DNA of 64,000 bases from Bdellovibrionales bacterium. Lineage in GTDB: Bacteria; Bdellovibrionota; Bdellovibrionia; Bdellovibrionales; UBA1609. This document shows, piece by piece, positions 19,190 to 27,208 of this stretch; the stretch's first letter is position 1; every line of letters begins with the position of its first letter. Location: assembly GCA_965237565.1 (NCBI GenBank), contig OZ250145.1, forward strand, positions 1,214,568-1,278,567, in the 5' to 3' direction. The translations under genes and the position numbers were made by a program. The notes below the pieces were generated by a model. The model did no database searches and was not told where the DNA came from. It saw only the letters and a program-made list of their open reading frames with translations.

Positions 19190-19288
19190 ATGACATTCTC
19201 CAAATTTCGAGGACAATCGTACAGTCAGTAAAAAAATTTATCAACCTACTCATTAATGGCATTCTCCAAAATTTGAGGCCAATCATAC
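19190..19288. repeat. Two 33-nt direct repeats (28/33 identical) in the rpsP upstream region
   Basis: 19190-19222 atgacattctccaaatttcgaggacaatcgtac versus 19256-19288 atggcattctccaaaatttgaggccaatcatac. Aligned by hand. Confidence 0.6.
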
Positions 19289-19347
19289 TCTGAAAACTTC
19301 CTTCAGCAAGGAAAAAGCAACATTTTTTGTATTTTTCGCATACAGAA

Positions 19348-20901
19348 CTACTTTTCGATTTGCATGAGATAGCGAAAATCACCATACTCACTTAAATAGT
19401 AATTGTCTATCCCTTTCCTAACAACTGCAAACTGTTGGTTATACCACAAAGGAACAAAAGCCAAGTCAGCTAAAATAATTGCCTGCACATGATCATAAAT
19501 TTTTTTTCTCTTTTGCAAATCCATCACCTCATTACCTTGATCCAAAAGACGATCCACTTCCCTGTTCTTGTAAAAACCTCTATTCCTCCCCCTTGGACTT
19601 TGCTCCCTAGAGTGGAAGGCCAAACGATACACATCTGGATCCACAACCCCCACCCAATTCAGAAGTGCCAACTGAAATCGCCCCGAGCTAAGGTCGCCAT
19701 AAAAAGTTCCCCACTCAAAACTCTCCAATCGCACCTTAAAGTCTGCTTGTTTCATTTGCCAAACCAAAATCTTTGCATAGGCCATAACAGATTTTGAATT
19801 AGAAGTTTTTAAAGAAATTTGTTCTTTTTGACAGTCAAAAAATTGAGTCAAAAGTTTTTTTGCTTGAACTAAATCATAAGCTGGAGCTTGAATTTCCTTA
19901 TTGAAAAAGAAATGATTGGGGTGCAATATGGATGTTGCCGGTTGGGCAAAATTTTTGAACTTATATTGAATGATAGCAGAGCGATCAATGGTCGAGGCCA
20001 AGGCTTTTCGAAAATCTTTGTGTCTCAAGCACGAATCTTTAAAATTAATAAGGAGATAAGTCATAGACAGACTTGGCCCGCGAAAGATTTGAAATTGATC
20101 TTTACTCTTTAAGAATTGATCCATCATTTGAAATGGAATCTCTGATTGAGCGACGTCAATTTCTTGATTCAATATTTTTTGGAATCTCGTTAAATCATCA
20201 CGAATAATTTTAAATGTGACTTGCTCAATTTTCGGAATTTGTGGAACATCTGAACGGGCTTCCAACACAATTTTACTAGAACTTTGACTTTTTAGTTTAA
20301 ATGCACCAGTACCCATTAGTTTTTTGCCAAAATAACGCCCAGCTGATAGAGCTTCCTTCATGGGCAAAATTTTTAAAACAGGAAGATCAGCTATTAAAAA
20401 CTTAGCCGAATCTTTTTTTAGGTGAATTTTTAAAATAAGTTCCTTTTGATTCTCACTTATATCTACTGATTGAATGATTTGAAAAGCCGAAGAGAAAGGA
20501 GATTTTTCAGAACCATATTCTTGAAAGCTAAAAATAATATCTTCTTTTTTTAATTTTCTTCCATTCGAAAATTTAATGTTTTTATCAATAATAAAAGTGT
20601 AAGTTTTGTTACGGTACTTCCAACTCTTTGCCAAATCTGGAAGAACTGTAAAACGAGGTCCTAGGCGAATAAGTGATTGAAAAATCAAACTTGTGATTCT
20701 CATCCCATTTGCATCCGTCGCCCAACGAGGATCTAAAGTACGAGGCTCAGAACCTAAAGCCACCACTATGTTTTTATCTTTTACAAAATTCTTCTTATCT
20801 GCCTCTTCTTGCTTCAATGAAAAGAAAAATATATAAACGTAATAGGCTGAAAAACTCACAAACAAAATGAATGAAAATATCTTTAATAACTTTTTTATCA
20901 T
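19348..20901 (-). CDS. ABC transporter substrate-binding protein, family 5 (peptide/nickel type)
   Basis: N-terminal TM/signal segment. SBP_bac_5-like sequence (LDPRWATDANGMRITSLIFQSLIRL) at ~517 aa. No cognate permease or ATPase is adjacent. Confidence 0.8.
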   Translation of the reverse strand: MIKKLLKIFSFILFVSFSAYYVYIFFFSLKQEEADKKNFVKDKNIVVALGSEPRTLDPRWATDANGMRITSLIFQSLIRLGPRFTVLPDLAKSWKYRNKTYTFIIDKNIKFSNGRKLKKEDIIFSFQEYGSEKSPFSSAFQIIQSVDISENQKELILKIHLKKDSAKFLIADLPVLKILPMKEALSAGRYFGKKLMGTGAFKLKSQSSSKIVLEARSDVPQIPKIEQVTFKIIRDDLTRFQKILNQEIDVAQSEIPFQMMDQFLKSKDQFQIFRGPSLSMTYLLINFKDSCLRHKDFRKALASTIDRSAIIQYKFKNFAQPATSILHPNHFFFNKEIQAPAYDLVQAKKLLTQFFDCQKEQISLKTSNSKSVMAYAKILVWQMKQADFKVRLESFEWGTFYGDLSSGRFQLALLNWVGVVDPDVYRLAFHSREQSPRGRNRGFYKNREVDRLLDQGNEVMDLQKRKKIYDHVQAIILADLAFVPLWYNQQFAVVRKGIDNYYLSEYGDFRYLMQIEK

Positions 20902-20969
20902 TTATCTTTTCTTTCTTTTTTGCATTTTAATATTTACTTTTTCTTTCTTTTTTTGTACTTATCTTTTGG

Positions 20970-22424
20970 ATGACTTTTAAAAAACTACAATTTGTTTTTT
21001 TCTTTTGTATTTTCATCTATCCGCTCATTATTTCAGATAGTAAAGCCCAAGCCAGGACCCCTGTAAAGCCTCCTTCCGCTTTGCTCTCCAAATTAAGTCA
21101 CAATATTAAGAAAAGTCCTATTCGAAGCAAAGCACTTAGTATCCTCATAGCTGATGAAAACCAAATTTTTTATGAACTCAATGCAAATAAACCTTTTATC
21201 CCAGCTTCTCTAATGAAACTTTTCGTTGCTTCAACATTATTAGAACTTTTATCACCAGCTCTGCGATTTACAACTCAATTTTTAGCCACAAAACAAATCA
21301 AAAACTCAATCTTAAAGGGAGACCTCTATCTCAAAGGAGGAGGAGATGCGAGCTTTGTTTCAGAGAGTTTATGGAATTTGGTTAACAATCTCAGTCGAAC
21401 TGGTGTGAAAACAATCATGGGTGATTTGATTTTAGATGACACACGATTTGATCAAAAAAACAACAATCCAATAAATAAAAATTCTCACCGGAGTTACGAA
21501 GCCCCTACAGGCTCTTTGTCATTCAATTGGAACGTTTTGAATATTTATGTGCGTCCAGCTGAAAAAATTGGGGATCCCGCCAAAATATTTCTTGATCCTT
21601 CATCGCTTTATTTCCACTCCATAGTAAATAAAACAAAAACAGTCAAAGCTGATCAAAAAAAACGAATCACCATTAAGAGAAAAATTTCTCCCTCCTTCAA
21701 GGAATCATTAAAAATTACTGGTACCATTCCCCTCCGTCATAAAGAAATTCTTATCTACAGAAATATTTTCCATCCTGCTTTCTGGACGGGATGGAATGCA
21801 ATAGATTTTATGAAGCAAAGAAACATTACTTTAGAGGGCGACATAAAAAGAGGCCAAACACCCAAAAAAGCAAAAGTGCTGGCTGAGTGGGAAGGGAAAA
21901 CTTTGAGCGAAAGTCTGGGATTGATGATGAAACACTCTAATAACTACATGGTTGATATGCTTCTCCAAAATTTAGCCATTGAACTAAAAGATAAAAAAAA
22001 ATCTCGTAGTGGCATAGAACTTATGAAAAACCACTTAAAAAAATTAGGCATTCCTGAAAAAAACTACACACTCATTCAAGCTTCTGGGCTTAGCCAAAAA
22101 AATCGACTGAAAGCAAAAGATCTATTAAAGATACTTAGATACTGGAATCGCAATCCCCTGCAAGCTGAATTTGAGTCTTCCTTGGCAATTGCAGGTCTTG
22201 ATGGAACTTTGAAAAATCTAAATATTCGTTCAGAAATAAAAAAACGCATCCATGCCAAAACAGGCAGTCTAAAGGGAGTGAAAGGCTTAGCTGGTTACTT
22301 ACAAAAAGCTTCAGGAAAAAAATTGATGTTTGTGCTTATATTCAATGGACCTCAGAAAAAAGAATCAGAAGCTGAAAAACTTTTTATACAAATATTTGAA
22401 ATTCTCTATGGAATAACTATTTAA
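20970..22424 (+). CDS. dacB: D-alanyl-D-alanine carboxypeptidase/endopeptidase (PBP4, peptidase S13)
   Basis: Signal peptide. SxxK (ASLMKLF), SxN (HSNNYM) and KTG (AKTGSL) motifs in the PBP4-type order and spacing. Confidence 0.85.
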   Translation: MTFKKLQFVFFFCIFIYPLIISDSKAQARTPVKPPSALLSKLSHNIKKSPIRSKALSILIADENQIFYELNANKPFIPASLMKLFVASTLLELLSPALRFTTQFLATKQIKNSILKGDLYLKGGGDASFVSESLWNLVNNLSRTGVKTIMGDLILDDTRFDQKNNNPINKNSHRSYEAPTGSLSFNWNVLNIYVRPAEKIGDPAKIFLDPSSLYFHSIVNKTKTVKADQKKRITIKRKISPSFKESLKITGTIPLRHKEILIYRNIFHPAFWTGWNAIDFMKQRNITLEGDIKRGQTPKKAKVLAEWEGKTLSESLGLMMKHSNNYMVDMLLQNLAIELKDKKKSRSGIELMKNHLKKLGIPEKNYTLIQASGLSQKNRLKAKDLLKILRYWNRNPLQAEFESSLAIAGLDGTLKNLNIRSEIKKRIHAKTGSLKGVKGLAGYLQKASGKKLMFVLIFNGPQKKESEAEKLFIQIFEILYGITI

Positions 22425-22507
22425 AATCCTTATATAGGATAAATAGTACACATATTCATCCTATGTTGAGGAATGACTATCTAAAATTTGTTTTTTGCAC
22501 GTCCTTT

Positions 22508-24295
22508 TTACTCTAGTTCTCTATCTCCAATTTTATTCTGTGTCATCCTGTGAACAAACTCATCAAAATTATTTCGCATTTCCTGCTTTAGCTTTTTCTT
22601 TCCAACACGTCTTTGTTCACTGTTCACGAAAGATCCTAGATCTGTCACATTAGTACTAGATAAGGCTTTAAAATTCCACTGTAAAAGATCCCTCACTCCG
22701 TCTTTTCCAATAGTTCTTTCTATAGATTTTAAAATAGGTCTCAATCGAGACACATCAACGTTCATAAAAGTTGAAAAATCTTGTTTTATTATTTTTTTTA
22801 TTTTTATTGCCCCTTGTTTCCCAAAAAAATTATTCATATAGAAAATAACTTCTTTAAGACTTTTTTCTCTAGCGTAGAGGAAATTATAAATATTCTCTTG
22901 TATTCTTTCCTTAATAAATTCTCTATCGACAAAATTCTCTATCATTCCTACAATCTTTTTAAGCTTATGGATATTATCCTTGGAAAATTTCTGAAATTTT
23001 TGTTCCAAACCTTGTTGCAAAATCACTCCTATACTATCTTCATCAACAAATTCTTTCAAATAAAACACAAATTCTTTCAATTGAACTAATTTGGCTTCAA
23101 CGAAACCTTGAAAATTCACTCGCATTTCTTTCTTAATGGACTCTTCACTCATAAATTGTCTTAAGTAAGATACAACAGTTTCCAAATGATCTACTCTACC
23201 CATAACAAAAACATGAAAATCCTCCTTTATGGCATCACTTACTCTTTCTTTACCAATGAAATTCTGTACATAAGATACAGTTTTACTTAATTCATCGAAT
23301 TCAACGTTTTTAAATTCAGTGAGTTTGTATATTACCAATAATCGCAATTCTTCTTTTCCTATCAAGTCTTCTAAATAGGGTATAAGTTTTTGAAATTCAT
23401 CCATTTTAATTGTAGAAATAATTCGAAAATTTATTATTATTTTGTTCTTGAGCAGCAAGTGATTCACAAATAATTTTAATTGTTCTACAACGGATGAAAG
23501 ACGATTTATACTAGCTATAATGAAATTTATAGGATAGAGTCGTACAATATTTCTCGTTTCCTTCCGACCAATGAATCCTTCTAAATAAGATACAGCTTTT
23601 TTTAACTCACCCAATTTAACTATGCTGAACTCCCGAAAATGATTTTGCATTATCACTTTCAGTCTTTCTGGTTCAATAAATTTTAACAAGTAAGCTGAGA
23701 CTTTTTTAAGCTCATCCAATCTCGCAACAGGAATGAATTGAAGATGATGGTACATGACATTTTTAGTGACCCCTTTCCCAATGTACCCCTCCATAAATTT
23801 TACGACTTTTATTATCTCATTAATGTTCCCTTCATTGAATATTTTTAAAGAAGTCGTTAAATATTTTTGAATTCTCTTCTCTCCTATGTAGAGTTGATAG
23901 AAATTCACTCTTTCGATGAAGGATTGGTGATCTGTAAGCTTTATTTTAGGTATATCTCCAATTCGTTGTAAGCTATCCTGCTTCCCTATTTTTTCTATTA
24001 AAAAATTTAGAAATGTCTTTGCATCTTGATGAGTCCAATCTTTAGTGTATTCTTCTAATCCCCTCTCCCAATCTTTTCCCATCTTTTCAAGCCAATTCTC
24101 TCCATGATATTCTTTTGCAAAATCCACAAACACAGATCGGGCAGTTTTTTCTTCCTTAAATCCGACAGAAAAAGTTTCTTCACAAGATGTGGAAAACCCT
24201 TTTGGAGAGAGCAAGGAAATGAAGACCAAGGAGATGACAAAAGATATGTTTATCGTACGAAGTTTATACATAGACATAATATGACTTTTATACAT
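22508..24295 (-). CDS. Exported tandem-repeat protein, ~35-aa helical repeats with mTERF-like signature (paralog 1, intact)
   Basis: Signal-like N-terminus (INISFVISLVFISLLSP). At least 12 units of 34-36 aa with the pattern ELKKxVSYLxxFIGKE...F..F. The true start may be Met7 or Met9. The mTERF family assignment is inference only. Confidence 0.7.
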   Translation of the reverse strand: MYKSHIMSMYKLRTINISFVISLVFISLLSPKGFSTSCEETFSVGFKEEKTARSVFVDFAKEYHGENWLEKMGKDWERGLEEYTKDWTHQDAKTFLNFLIEKIGKQDSLQRIGDIPKIKLTDHQSFIERVNFYQLYIGEKRIQKYLTTSLKIFNEGNINEIIKVVKFMEGYIGKGVTKNVMYHHLQFIPVARLDELKKVSAYLLKFIEPERLKVIMQNHFREFSIVKLGELKKAVSYLEGFIGRKETRNIVRLYPINFIIASINRLSSVVEQLKLFVNHLLLKNKIIINFRIISTIKMDEFQKLIPYLEDLIGKEELRLLVIYKLTEFKNVEFDELSKTVSYVQNFIGKERVSDAIKEDFHVFVMGRVDHLETVVSYLRQFMSEESIKKEMRVNFQGFVEAKLVQLKEFVFYLKEFVDEDSIGVILQQGLEQKFQKFSKDNIHKLKKIVGMIENFVDREFIKERIQENIYNFLYAREKSLKEVIFYMNNFFGKQGAIKIKKIIKQDFSTFMNVDVSRLRPILKSIERTIGKDGVRDLLQWNFKALSSTNVTDLGSFVNSEQRRVGKKKLKQEMRNNFDEFVHRMTQNKIGDRELE

Positions 24296-24327
24296 GAAAT
24301 TAAAATTTCATAAATTAATTTTACTTA

Positions 24328-24363
24328 TTAATGTAACCTTTACATGTTAATGTAAAATTTACA
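24328..24363. promoter_or_regulatory. Two operator-like palindromes upstream of paralog 1 (ATGTAA-CCT-TTACAT and TGTAAA-A-TTTACA)
   Basis: Perfect palindromes at 24331-24345 and 24351-24363. Each is preceded by TTAATGTAA, a direct repeat 19 nt apart. They lie 36-68 nt upstream of the annotated ATG and are degenerate in the paralog-2 copy. Confidence 0.3.
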
Positions 24364-24630
24364 CGCCGATTATGGATGTTATCATACTTAGCAAAAATCT
24401 TGAACATACTTTTGGAGAATAAATGAAAATAATCAATGAAAAATAAAAAATATATATCTCACGACATGAACCCAATATTTAGTTGTTAGATAGTCATTTA
24501 TGAAATAGCATTTTACCAACTGCTTACATATTTTCCTAAACTAACATCCAATTCACTATGAAATAGGGAAATAACAGATTCATTCTAGTTTAGTATAATC
24601 AAACAAGTTATTTGTTTTTGCACGTCCTTT

Positions 24631-26336
24631 TTACTCTAGTTCTCTATCTCCAATCTCATTCTGTGTCATCCTGTGAACAAGCTTAGCAAAATTATCTCGC
24701 ATTTCCTGCCTTTATCTGCCTCCTGCCAATACAAGCTTCTTCATTCATTATAAAGGATTTTAGCTCCCTCACATTAATACGAGATAAGTGTTTAAGATGT
24801 TGCCACATTATGTACTTCATTTTTTCTTTTCCAACAGTACTTTTTATAAATTGTAAAACAGGTCTCAATCGAAACATATCAACTTTTATGAAGACTGAAA
24901 AATCCTGTTTTATTATTTTTGATATTTTTACTGTTTCTTTTTTCCCAAAAAGATTATTCATATAGGACATAAATGCTTCAAGATTTTCCTCTTTAGCATA
25001 AAGAAAATCATAAATATTATCTTGCATTTTTTCCTTGATAAATTCTCTATCGACAAAATTCTCTGTCATTTTTACAATCCTTTCAAGTTTATTAACACCA
25101 TGAGCAGAAAATTCTTCAAAATTCTTTCAATCGATTTAATTTAAATTCAACAAAACTTTGAAAATTCACCAGCATTTCTTTCTTAATGCTCTCTTCACTC
25201 ATAAATTGTCTTAAGTAAGATACAACAGTTTCCAAATGATCTCTTCTAGCTACAACAAAAGCGTGAAAATCCTTAACTACGACGTGCTTTACTCCTTTTT
25301 CACCAATGAAATTCTCTAAATAAAGTGCGAGCTTCTTGAATTCATCAAATTTGACGTTTTTAAGTGCATTAGTTTTGTATCTCATTAACATTTTGGATTC
25401 TTCTAATCCAATTAAATTATATAGATAATCCATAAGTTTTTTTAATTCGTCAATTTTAATTTCAACAATATTTTGAAACTCTGTCTTAATTTTTTCTTTA
25501 ACCATTTTATGATCCATAAATCGTTCGAACTTATTTGTAACGAATGAAAAATTACGAAAATCAGCTATAATAAACGATACAGGATTATGATATATAATAT
25601 TTTTCGTTACGCTTATTGAGTTTATATATCTTTCTATTGCTGCCATCTCATTGAATCGAGCCATAATGAACTCTCGAAAATTATTTCGCATTATCATTTT
25701 CAGTTTTTCTCGTTCAATAAATCTTAACAAGTAAACTGAGACTTTTTTCAGCTCATCCAATCTCGCAACAGGAATGAATTCAAAATTATAATACATGACA
25801 ATTTGGGTGGCTTCTTTTCCAAGATAGCTTTCTATAAATTTTATGACTTCTGCTATCTTATTAATGTCCCCTTCATTAAATATTTTTAAAGAGGCTGCTA
25901 AATATTTCTGAATTCCGTGTTCACCTATGTAGGATTGGTAGAGTTCTACTCTTTCGATGAAAGATTGGTGATCTGTAAGCTTTATTTTAGGTATATCTCC
26001 AATTCGTTGTAAGCTATCCTGCTTCCCTATTTTTTCTATTAAAAAATTTAGAAATGTCTTTGCATCTTGATGAGTCCAATCTTTAGTGCTTTCTTCTAAG
26101 CCCCTCTCCCAATCTTTCCCCATCTTTTTAAGCCAATTCTCTCCATGATATTCTTTTGCAAAATCCACAAACACAGATTGGGCAGTTTTTTCTTCCTTAG
26201 GTTTGAGAAAAAAAAATTCTTCACAAGAGATGGAAAAACCTTTTGGAGGGATAAATAAACCAAAGAGCAAAAAGACGATAAAAGATATGTTTATCATATG
26301 AGCCTTATACGTAGACATAATGTGACTTTTATACAT
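24631..26336 (-). pseudogene. Paralog 2 of the repeat-protein gene, disrupted by at least two frameshifts and internal deletions
   Basis: Track ORFs 25116..26336 and 24692..25069 are collinear with paralog 1 but lie in different frames. The break at ~25100 coincides with a deletion of about one repeat that is not a multiple of 3. A second shift near 24700-24715 separates ...QIKAGNAR* from an intact-looking tail QEMRDNFAKLVHRMTQNEIGDRELE* ending at 24631. Confidence 0.7.
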
Positions 26337-26455
26337 AGAATTAAAACTTCATAAATTAATTTCACCTATCAATGTAAATTTTATACAATGGTGTAAAATT
26401 TATATGCTGATTATAAATATTATGGTGCTAAAATGATGATTCTAAAATTATAATA

Positions 26456-27190
26456 TTAGGAAAAACTTTTTGCAATGCCTATGACTATATCTTTATAAAA
26501 AATCACAGAACCATTTCCTTTTAAATTTTTTTGAAGTACTTTGAACTCGTAATCATATGCTTCTGAATGATACAGATTCGAAGTGTGATCAAAAACCTTT
26601 TGACCATGATCGTACATCCTTGAACCATGCTTGTACTCTTTTGGAACATGATCGTAGCCCTTCGAACTATGATCATATCCATTTGAACTAATGATTTTCC
26701 AAGAAAAAATAATAATTTGCTTCATATAGGCTTGAATGACAAATTTGTTTAAACTTTTAAAGACAGCTTCTTTTGCTGACCACAAAGTCGCCGGATTGGG
26801 AGCTTGGCTAAGCTCCTCTTCTTGTGAAATGTAGGCAACTGTCTTAGCTTTGATTCGATTTTTTTGTTCTAGATCAAAACTGATGGAAGGCTGGGCTGAT
26901 TCAGAAATAATCATTCCCCCTAAGCCAAAACAATGAGAAAGTGAAAGAGAACGAGAGGGTAAATGAGGAGGCACACCCGGAGTTAATAAAAGTTTTTTTT
27001 GCTCATTTGAAAGATTGGTAACTTTTTTTTGAATCTGGGAAAGCATATTTTTACGCAGTTTTTTTCTCTGCTCCAAGTAAAACTTTTTGTGACCAAAATC
27101 CATAAGGTAACAAGTGAAAGCACAAGATAGTCGCCGGCTATGATTTTCGAGCAAGGATTCAATGGTTCTTAATTCTGAATTTGAAAACAT
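26456..27190 (-). CDS. 4'-phosphopantetheinyl transferase superfamily protein (Sfp/EntD-like) with heptapeptide-repeat insert
   Basis: PPTase-like motifs LSLSHC...ISFDLE and WSAKEAVFKSL. The insert is SSNGYDH SSKGYDH VPKEYKH GSRMYDH GQKVFDH. Confidence 0.6.
   Translation of the reverse strand: MFSNSELRTIESLLENHSRRLSCAFTCYLMDFGHKKFYLEQRKKLRKNMLSQIQKKVTNLSNEQKKLLLTPGVPPHLPSRSLSLSHCFGLGGMIISESAQPSISFDLEQKNRIKAKTVAYISQEEELSQAPNPATLWSAKEAVFKSLNKFVIQAYMKQIIIFSWKIISSNGYDHSSKGYDHVPKEYKHGSRMYDHGQKVFDHTSNLYHSEAYDYEFKVLQKNLKGNGSVIFYKDIVIGIAKSFS
26584..26688 (-). repeat. Five in-frame 21-bp tandem repeats (consensus atgatcrtannncnttngaac on + strand) inside the PPTase-like gene
   Basis: Units at 26584, 26605, 26626, 26647 and 26668, read directly. 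They encode xxxxYDH heptads. Confidence 0.8.
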
Positions 27191-27208
27191 AAGAAATAAA
27201 ATACAAGA

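Larger units (their letters stand above)
22485..26455. repeat. Tandem duplication (~2.1-kb unit) of a repeat-protein gene with its 5' and 3' flanks
   Basis: The 3' flank tttg(t)tttttgcacgtcctttttactctagttctctatctcc occurs at 22487 and 24612. The N-terminal coding parts and the upstream regions (24296-24400 versus 26337-26440) align. A ~250-nt tract is ~97% identical. Confidence 0.85.

Noticed and set aside
19188-19391. 67-aa minus-strand ORF in the SBP-rpsP intergenic region
   Set aside because: It overlaps the 3' end of the SBP gene and has a Cys/Phe-rich nonsense-like composition with no RBS. The region is better explained as the rpsP promoter and leader containing direct repeats.
24423-24446. 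7-codon mini-ORF (MKIINEK) with a good SD (GGAGA) on the plus strand in the inter-paralog spacer
   Set aside because: Such SD-ATG combinations arise easily by chance in AT-rich DNA. It lies on the opposite strand to the local genes and has no supporting context.
24486-24524. Integron attC-like site between the two repeat-protein cassettes (GTTGTTA...TACCAAC)
   Set aside because: The order of the cores is wrong: GTT... comes first and ...AAC last on both strands, whereas attC is RYYYAAC...GTTRRRY. The cores fit GTTRRRY poorly, and no intI or attI is present.
26584-26688. CRISPR-like regular short repeats
   Set aside because: The 21-bp units are contiguous with no spacers, are in frame inside an ORF, and are degenerate. 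This is a coding tandem repeat, not a CRISPR array. No cas genes are present.
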